Source of the DNA: Octopus bimaculoides
Lineage: Eukaryota
Assembly: GCF_001194135.2 (NCBI RefSeq)
Contig: NC_068986.1
Coordinates: 110,162,842-110,206,140, forward strand
Direction of reading: 5' to 3'
DNA: 43,299 bases
The notes below the pieces were generated by a model. The model was not told the origin of the DNA. It ran no database searches and saw nothing but the letters and a program-made list of their open reading frames with translations. The first letter of the stretch is position 1. Each line of letters starts with the position of its first letter. A program made the position numbers and the translations under genes. Of the stretch, positions 35,090-43,299 are shown in pieces.

Positions 35090-36905
35090 CGTACACACAT
35101 GCACCCACTGTTTATGGCGATGAATTTTGTGGTCTTTTAGCTTATTTTCGTTTACTTTTTCTGTTGACTCTGTTGTGCCTTGGACTCTTGACTGTGTCTG
35201 TGGTGTTAGTAGTGGTGGTGTTGGTGAAGGTGTTGAAAGTGTGAGTGTTGGTGCGCTGTTGTTGTTTTCGTGTGATTTTGAATGCTTTTTGGGAGGTACA
35301 GCTTGTTTATTTGTTGGTGTGTGCCTTTTTCTTAGTCTTTTACCTGTGACTTCCGTCCACTCTATTCTGTCGGCCTCTCCGTACGACATGTCTGAATGGT
35401 CAGAGTCGAGAAGGGTTAGTTCCAGTGGGTCGAAATTTACTGATGTCTTTTGTTCCTCTCGCAAGATCTGCGTTGATGGCGATTTTGTAGGGGATGTGGT
35501 GGTGGTTGTGGTCAGCGCCTCTACTGTTGTCTCTAATGTAGTTGTTGTTGTTGGCGGTAGTGTGTTTGCTAGATCCCTCTATACTTTCTTTTCGTGGGGT
35601 TTCTTCTTTTGTCGGGGTTGCTCCTGTTGTTTGGGTTCCTTCAGTTGCTGGGGTGTGAGTGATGCTAGTATCAAGGGGTAATGTCCTCCTTCTGTTTTAG
35701 TTGTGGGTAGAAGGTTTTCAGATGGTTATTCTGTCCGCAATGATAACATATTGGCCCTCTGCCCTCAACTGAGACGTTCATCACAGTGCCATATGTAAGG
35801 ATCAGGAATTTGTTCCAAAACGCTTTGGTTTATTTGGGACATTATTTACAATTCCAGACCAGTCCAGTTGTTTTTTCCTTGTTTCTCGGCTTGGATCATT
35901 CTGATTTTATCTTCCAAGTCGAGGTGGACGGCTGCGATAATCCAGCAAGCGTTCATTTCTAGTGACATCTCCATGGCGACGGCGCCGTTCCAAGTGTGTT
36001 GGAACTATGAAAAACGTTCTCAGCTGGGATGTTGAGTGCTGTTTTGCTACGTTTTCTGTAGCAAATCTGACTTCAATTGTGTCATATTTCTTACCCCTCG
36101 ACAGCTATGTTACGTCTTTCCAACTGAGTTGCAAGTATTTTTCAACCGCTTGCTTAGTGGCAGTTTCTAAACGTCTATTTTTTTAAGATATAGCTTTGTG
36201 CATTATGGTACGTTTGTTTGTATTGCCTATAATATCTGGAGGTGTTTATCGAAACACATCTTTTGCTTTTTCATTTTAACATGTTTCTGTAGTCTTTGAG
36301 AAATTCTACAGAAACATTAATGAATTTATTTCTAGGTTTTGTATTTGAGGCAAAACTGCGGCTTTTTAATGCATTGAGTTGTTGTTGTTGAGTGTTCAAT
36401 GTGTTAGTGGTGGTAGTGGGGGGAGGGCTTGGATTCACAGGTGTTGCGACAGTAGCAGCGTCCATTAGCTGAATTTCCTTGTTCTTTTCCTTTTCTTTCT
36501 CGCCTTTCTTTTCCTCTTTTCCTTTTGTTGCTTAACGTTGCATGTGCTGGCAAGACTTTAGTTGTCCCTCTCTCTCTGCCTTTTAAGGCGCGGAGACAAT
36601 TCGTTTTAAAACATTGGCTGTTTTTTTCCGACAGCAAAATGGAGAAGTCAAAAAGAAAGGAAGAGCTGACATTCCACTACAAGGACAATTTCCAATTTTA
36701 AAATTCACAAGTGGAAAAATTGGAGAATTTAAATTGAAAATTCACCTAAAAAGAGGTAAAGTGCCGCCTAACCGCCCAACCCAGCAAGAGCCCGGTCGGC
36801 CTGGCCACAGAAACGTCGTGAAAGATTTTCAGTTACAATATTATCTGTAAAAATTACACCTCACGAACACACATCCTTCCTCTTTGAAATCCACGAGCAG
36901 AGTCC
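35090..36905 (-). mobile_element. LINE 5' UTR plus ORF1 (L1/Tx1-like, gag-type zinc knuckle), 3'-truncated and decayed
   Basis: ORF start MDAATV at 36465; through frameshifts LSRGKKYDTIEVRFA (RRM-like), then VSVEGRGPICYHCGQNNHLKTFYP (CX2CX4HX4C with the last Cys mutated, 35707-35748), then a T/P/S-rich tail with EWTEVTGKRLRKR. Confidence 0.7.
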
Positions 36906-36908
36906 AAT

Positions 36909-36929
36909 ATAATAATAATAATAATAATG

Positions 36930-36985
<56 letters not shown>
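36909..36985. repeat. (TAA)n microsatellite between divergent LINEs
   Basis: Direct reading. Confidence 0.95.
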
Positions 36986-36991
<6 letters not shown>

Positions 36992-37864
36992 TATCGAAAT
37001 TGAAACTAAAACGAGAACAGCAACAGAATATGATAAAACGATGGTAAGAAAAGCCCCTACATGGTAAATACTGGGCTAAACTAAATGCAAAAGAAATAGA
37101 CAGAGAAAAATCCCAGCAATGGCTGAGAAGCTCAGGACTCAAAGCAGAGACTGAAGGATTTTTAATTGCTGCACAAGACCAAAGCCTCCCCACCAGGAAT
37201 TACCAAAAACATATAATGAAAAGAAACATAACAGGTAACTGTAGAATATGTGGAGATCGACAAGAAACAATAAATCATATTATCTCTGGCTGCCCAGTCC
37301 TGGCTAAGAAGGAATATATTCACAGACACGACAGAGCTGGGACCTATATACACNNNNNNNNNNNNNNNNNNNNNNNNNNNNNNNNNNNNNNNNNNNNNNN
37401 NNNNNNNNNNNNNNNNNNNNNNNNNNNNNNNNNNNNNNNNNNNNNNNNNNNNNNNNNNNNNNNNNNNNNNNNNNNNNNNNNNNNNNNNNNNNNNNNNNNN
37501 NNNNNNNNNNNNNNNNNNNNNNNNNNNNNNNNNNNNNNNNNNNNNNNNNNNNNNNNNNNNNNNNNNNNNNNNNNNNNNNNNNNNNNNNNNNNNNNNNNNN
37601 NNNNNNNNNNNNNNNNNNNNNNNNNNNNNNNNNNNNNNNNNATAAAAAAATATTCAGACAAATACATAACAAAAACCCCAGGACTTACAAATATATATAA
37701 CATACAGAAAATTGCACTACTGGGCACTGCACACATCCTACGCAAAACACTTCGAATACAGTAACCATAATAGCATCACAGCAAACCACAGCACATACCC
37801 AAGGCACACAGAGCTGCGCTCGGTAGTGAAGTGAAAGCACGTTATAAAAATAAAACTACTGAAC

Positions 37865-37865
<1 letters not shown>
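36986..37865 (+). mobile_element. Young 5'-truncated Dong/Rex6-like (R4 clade) LINE inserted in (TAA)n
   Basis: KRW*EKPLHGKY..QQWLRSSGLKAETEGFLIAAQDQSLPTRNY..CRICGDRQETINHIISGC (intact CCHC)..EYIHRHD, gap 37354-37641, IQKIALLGTAHILRKTL*; only one stop (37045); ~100-nt 3' UTR; (TAA)n on both sides. Confidence 0.95.
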
Positions 37866-37927
<62 letters not shown>

Positions 37928-37950
37928 TATTATTGTTGTTGTTGTTGTTG

Positions 37951-38008
<58 letters not shown>

Positions 38009-38010
38009 CA
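37865..38010. repeat. Head-to-head (AAT)n / (TTA,TTG)n microsatellite inversion
   Basis: About 21 AAT units are followed directly by ATT/GTT units. Confidence 0.95.
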
Positions 38011-38059
38011 TCCTTATTATTGTTAATAATATTAATAAAAATAATAATAATTTACTGAC

Positions 38060-39212
38060 ATGACCAATAGAAAGCCGCTGCCAAAGCTGTCTAACAGCAT
38101 AAAATATAGCAACACTATCATGATATATAATGTTGCTCTTAGACAGATCTGATGCAATAAGGGAAATGATTTAAAAACCTTAAATAACCTCATCTATTTC
38201 CCTGCTAAAGTTGTAATTGCTCATCTAGGTATCAGGATGACACGGAAAAGGACCGACCATGTCAATAGACTTCCTTTGTGGAACGTAGCAATACAAAAAG
38301 AGATCGAATCTCTCCGGGCGGATGTATCAGTTCTCAACAAACTTGCTTGAGGAGTAGATGTTAAGACGAAACGAGCTGGAAAAATCAAGCAAAAATATAA
38401 GATCAAAGATTTTATAAACCTCCCAGCATCAAGGAACAATTGAAACAACGAGTATATCTCAAAGCCCTACGGCTCAGAATGTATGACAAACGAATAGAGT
38501 TGAAGGTAATGAAGAGAGATGTAAAGAAACTTTATAGGGAAATTGGCAAAAGTAAGATAGAAGTAAAGGAGCCACATAAGACTGAGGAAATGAAAGAGTT
38601 CTTGAAGAAGATATGGGGCAACAAAACAAGAATAAAATGATGAAGCTGACTAAATACAGCATGTGAAAGTGAAACTGGATGAAGCTGAAGAGCAGAAATG
38701 GGAGGCAACAGAAGTGGAAGAGATAATATGTGTTCTTAGAAAGTCTCACAAATGGTAAACCTCAGGACTGGAAAGGGTCCCTAACGTCTGGCTGGAATTC
38801 TTGACTGAAATACTTCAACATTTTGTGGCATCCCTAAATAATATCATCCAGATCCCAGAGCAAATACCTTCCTGACTGACAGAAGGAAGAACATACCTTC
38901 TACCAAAACCCGAAGACACGAAAATTCCAAAGAACTACCGACCAATGACATATGTCAACACCACCACCAAGATCCTAACATCGATACTTACTGAAAGACT
39001 ATACACTTTCTTTGAACAGAACCTTATCCTTCCACAAGCTCAGAAAGGTTGTAAAAGGAATAGTTATAGATGCAAAGATCAACTACTCACAAATAACATG
39101 ATTGAACAGAATTGCCGGAGCTATAAAGGAGAAACTGAGTATGGCATGCATAGACTCTAGGAAAGCGTTTGATAGTATCCCACATAATAGGCTACTCAGG
39201 TCCTTGGAGATT
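38060..39212 (+). mobile_element. Degenerate R4/Dong-like LINE: pre-RT region and RT N-terminal half
   Basis: LKQRVYLKALRLRMYDKR..KLYREI, SHKW*TSGLERVPNVWL, LTEGRTYLLPK..PKNYRPMT, AQKGCKRNSYRCKDQLLTN, IDSRKAFDSIPH; stops where the SINE at 39213 begins. Confidence 0.9.
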
Positions 39213-39380
39213 AAGTCGTTTATATCGACTCTAGTAAATAACTGGCTCTTATTTTAACGACCTCTAAAGTATGAAAGTAAAGCTGGCGTCGGTGGTGTTT
39301 GAAATCAAAATATAAAGCCGGTTGAAATGCCGCTAAGCAATTTGTACGCTTTCTTAACGATTCCACCCGCTGGAATAATG
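39213..39380 (-). mobile_element. Family-A SINE
   Basis: Reverse complement GGTGGAATCGTTAAG..TGCTTAGCGGCATTTC..TTTACTTTCATACTTTAGAGGTCGTTAAAATAAG..GTCGATATAAACGACTT. Confidence 0.75.
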
Positions 39381-39429
39381 ATAATTATACTACTTTCTAT
39401 TATAGGCCCATGACCTGAAATACCTTTTG

Positions 39430-39592
39430 ATGGCGGAAGAGGCAAGGCCTCAGAATGGACTTATGCAATCGACCCAGAAAGCATGTAAGGCAGCAACGAT
39501 TTCGGCAGAATTAGAACTCAGATCGTAAAGACGGACGAAACACCACTAAGCATTTCATCCGGTGTACTGACGATTCTGCCAACTCACCACAT
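39430..39592 (-). mobile_element. Family-A SINE with its 5' end next to (TTA)n
   Basis: Reverse complement GGTGAGTTGGCAGAATCGTCAGTACACCGG..CTGAGTTCTAATTCTGCCGA; the (TAA)n tract at 39598-39652 is its 5' flank. Confidence 0.8.
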
Positions 39593-39651
<59 letters not shown>

Positions 39652-40629
39652 GAATATGTATGGGCGTATGCAAGTGTTTGTGTGCGTGTATGAATGTGTG
39701 TATATAAACATTGAAAAAGCGAATTATTCTGGATTCCTTCTTATAGGGAAAAGAAACAATGCGCTTCATTGCATAACCATAGGAATTTTCAACGTGATGC
39801 ACATAAGAACTGATGAAAGAAATATAACTGGAATAATTGAAACACTAAGTGCATGACTGACTGCATTGTGAATGAAGCCGGTTCGAAAGAAGAAATCTTT
39901 TGAACACTTACATTGGATTAGTAGAATATTTGTTTAAAAAGTGACTGTGTAGATGCAGTCAATGAACGTCTTAAGGGAAGTAGAACACTGGGATTGAAGA
40001 AAATCTGGCAAAAGACAGATAGTAGGAAATCTACCGACAGAACATTGTCTGTCTTGCTTGAACAGAGGCATAACTTTGAATAGTAGTTCAAAAGCTGCAG
40101 TTTGTGTTTAACCGATAAACATCATACCATAGAAGCGTTTCAATAAGAGTGAAACAATTAACCTCGCTACCTTTTCAAAATTGCCCAAGCTCCTCTTGTG
40201 TAGCGATGGGGTTTATTTTGAAGTGGGAGAAAATGCGTTTAATAACCATGTTGCATCTTTGTGTATTATTTATATAAATGCGAACGCACGCACACATAGA
40301 TACACAGATACAGACACGCATACACACACACCCATAGACACATACACACATTCTTACAAGGAAAGTATGTTACGGTGAAATGAATTGCGGAAACAACAAA
40401 GAGTAAAAGATTAGATTCAATACATATTGTAAAATGGTATCAAATTTGTTGTTAACTGAAAAGAAAACTTGACAAAATTTTGCATCTTCTACAGATTGAA
40501 AACGTAAAGCACAGAGCAAATACACACACAGACACACGCATCCCCCCCCCCCACACACACGTACACACACATACATATATATAGTACATACGTTCTCAAA
40601 CACACAAATAAATACGTACACACATAGGT

Positions 40630-40750
40630 GCAGGCGTGGCTGTGTAAAAAGAGGCTAGCTTCCCAAGCATATAGTCCCGTGTTCAGTCCCACTGCGTGGC
40701 ACCTTGGGTGTCTTCTAACATAGCCTCAGGCCGACGACTTACGGAAAAAA
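40630..40750 (+). mobile_element. Family-B SINE 5' part
   Basis: GGCGTGGCTGTGT..GTTCAGTCCCACTGCGTGGCACCTTGGGTGTCTTCTAACATAGCCTCAGGCCGAC. Confidence 0.85.
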
Positions 40751-40871
40751 GCATACGTACATACATACATACATACATACATACATAGAGATCGATATTA
40801 GATTTTATGTAAAGTTTTACATAAAATCGATTTCTCATTAACCTGAAGAATTACTCAATATTGAGAGTGTT

Positions 40872-41082
40872 AAGGCGGCGAGCGGGCAGAAATGTTAGCA
40901 CACCCTGCGAAATGCTTAGCGGTATTTCGTGTCTTGAGTTCTGAGTTCAAACTCCGCCGAGGTCAACTTTGCCTTTCATCCTTTCGAGTTCGATAAATTA
41001 AGTACCAGTTGCGTACTGGAGTCGATCTTATCGACTGGCTTCCTCCCCCGAAATTTTGGGCCTTGTGTCTAGAGTAGAGAAG
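40872..41082 (+). mobile_element. Family-A tRNA-derived SINE, best-preserved copy, with ~15-bp target-site duplication
   Basis: A-box GGCAGAAATG, B-box GAGTTCAAACTCC, core GGTCAACTTTGCCTTTCATCCTTTCGAGTTCGATAAATTAAGTACCAG (Deu/Nin-like by recall); TSD AATATTGAGAGTGTT (40857-40871) vs AATATTGAGAGAGTC (41083-41097). Confidence 0.92.
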
Positions 41083-41479
41083 AATATTGAGAGAGTCTAC
41101 GTTTTTTAAACTTTGAAAAAAAAGTCGCTGTCATCCCTCTTGAATAAAAGTTTAATACACACGAACGCACACACGTACATAAATTTTATATTTACAGACT
41201 AAACAAATACTATATACGCGTGTGCATAAAACAACAAAATCACTGTGTGTGTGTGTCTGTGTGTGTGTATGTGTGTGTGTGTGTGTGTGCAAATATGCGT
41301 TCGTATATACAAGGTAAATGATTTGTCTATTTAGAAGCATAGAATTATAATGCTATTTTTTCCAAAGAATATTTTCATTCATTAAGCGTTAGGGTTGCAT
41401 GGGCTGGGCCGAGCGGTTGCATGAATTTGTCTACAAAGAACATAATTGCACAGCTGAATATCGTTCAGTTCTGGCTGAA

Positions 41480-42495
41480 CTTAGAGTTGTTGCTGTTGAT
41501 CTTATTAATGTTCGTTCATTGTATTTATTGCTGTTTGTTGTTGTTCCTGCTTCTTTTGTTAAATGTATTCTTGTTTTTTAATCTATTATCTAATTTAGTC
41601 TTTTTGCGATACGGTTTTCATGTTGCTACTGTTGTAGTTGTTGTAGCGGTTGTCGTCAACTTGTTCTTATTTGTGTTGTTGTAATCGTCCTTGTTGTTAT
41701 TTTTGTTGTTGTTGCTGATGTTGTAATTATCGTTGTTGATAGAAATTCTTGCTGTTGTTAATGTCTATTGCTTTTATTTTTTGCTGTTTATTGTTGATGC
41801 TGTTGCTGATGTTATAGTTGATGATGATGTAATTATTCTTGATATTACAAGTGCAGTTGTTGTTGTTGCTTTGTTTTGCCGTTCTTATTGTTTCATTTTT
41901 TTTTGTTTTGGCTGTTGTTGCTGACATAGTTAAGGCAGTTCTTGCAGTTATTGTTGCTGCTTCCCCCACCCCGTCCATCGTATTTTGCTTTCTCCTCCAT
42001 CGTATTATGATTTTCTATGCGTTGAGTTTTGTAGATGGTGTTACGTAGTTTCGTGTTTGTATTTACTGTTCGTCGTTGTTCCTGATCGAGTTAATGTTGT
42101 TGTTGCTGTTGTTTTGCGTAGGCAGAACCAACAATGAACAGAGAATGAGATCACATGTTATAATGCCAACGTGAGCAGCGCTTGTTATATCCTGCATCAA
42201 ACAAACCTCACTAAAAAGACCTTCTTTCAGTTGACCTTATTGAAACCTTGCATAACTTTAGCGCTGTTCATGGAGTGCAACAACAACAGCAACAACAACA
42301 CCAACAGGAACGATAGCAAAAATAGTAACAACAACGAAAACATCAACAGTAACATCAACCACAATAATAAACAACAACAGCAACAAAAATAGCAACACAA
42401 ATAAGAATAATAGCAGCATTCACACCGGCAAGAACAGCAACAACAACACCAATAACAATAACAATAGTAACAACAACAACAACAACAACAACAGC

Positions 42496-42557
<62 letters not shown>

Positions 42558-43050
42558 TGATGATGATGATGATCAATCTAAACAATAACACAACCAACAG
42601 AAAATAGTCAAGGACAACAATAGCAACAACAACAACAACAACAACAACAATTAAGCAATGCTATATCCTTCATTGCCACAAAAACAACAACGACACCACC
42701 ACCACCACCACCACCACCGCCACCATAAACACCACCAACAACAACAACGACACGACGACCACTACCACCACTACCACCACCACCACCAGCAGCAGCAACA
42801 ACAATAAAACAATAGTAATAAACGAAAGAACAGCAGCAGCAACAGTGAAAGCACCGATATCGTCATGTCCAGCATCAGCAGCACCACCACCACTAGCAAC
42901 AACAACAACGATAACGAAGAACGAAAATGAAATCCACAACAACAACAACCAAAACAAAAACTCAAAAAGGACATTAATACAACAATAATAGCAAGAGGTA
43001 CAACCACAACATCAACAACAACAAGAATGACTATAATAATGGTTTCAAAA
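41480..43050. repeat. Extended cryptic simple sequence: (GTT)-rich block then (AAC/AAT/CAC)-rich block
   Basis: Direct reading; explains all V/L/I-rich ORFs in this region. Confidence 0.85.
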
Positions 43051-43059
43051 TTTGACACA

Positions 43060-43208
43060 AGGCCAGCATGTCCTGGGTGTATAGAAAGTTGATTGCATCG
43101 ACCTCGAAGGGATAAAAGGAAAAGTGGACCTCGCCGGAATTTGAAGTCAGAGCGTAAAAAGACGGAAGATTATTGCCCGGCGTGCTAACAATCCTACCGG
43201 CGCGCCAA

Positions 43209-43210
<2 letters not shown>
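43060..43210 (-). mobile_element. Family-A SINE with its 5' end next to (TTA)n
   Basis: Reverse complement GGTAGGATTGTTAGCACGCCGGGC..CTGACTTCAAATTCCGGCGAGGTCCACTTTTCCTTTTATCCCTTCGAGGTCGAT. Confidence 0.8.

Positions 43211-43211
<1 letters not shown>

Positions 43212-43299
<88 letters not shown>
43212..43299. repeat. (AAT)n microsatellite running off the window
   Basis: Direct reading. Confidence 0.97.

Noticed and set aside
1-43299. CRISPR arrays, operons, rRNA or prokaryotic defence systems
   Set aside because: No repeat-spacer structure or gene-dense region; the sequence is animal repeat-rich DNA.

Overview
Eukaryotic, AT-rich, microsatellite-saturated genomic DNA from a short-read assembly with 9 N-gaps. 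The tRNA-derived SINE families and repeat density look like an Octopus (coleoid cephalopod) genome; this is recognition from memory, not a database hit. No intact protein-coding gene can be supported; most listed ORFs are microsatellite translations or antisense to transposon ORFs. The window is a graveyard of non-LTR retrotransposons from five lineages: R4/Dong-like RLE elements (7 fragments), HERO, Tx1/L1 (one ORF1 region plus a domain-permuted ORF2 piece), RTE (2 copies) and CR1, plus about 20 SINE copies from three families. Most notable signals: (1) an R4-like lineage whose copies sit in (CATA)n tracts, beside a Dong-like copy in (TAA)n, suggesting microsatellite-specific targeting; (2) an RTE family whose ORF ends in three tandem C2H2 zinc fingers; (3) a SINE apparently carrying the R4-like 3' stem-loop; (4) a 260-bp foldback with nested palindromes; (5) every RLE-type fragment lies on the + strand, hinting at an intron of a minus-strand gene, for which only weak candidate exons were found. 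Boundaries of degenerate elements are approximate.
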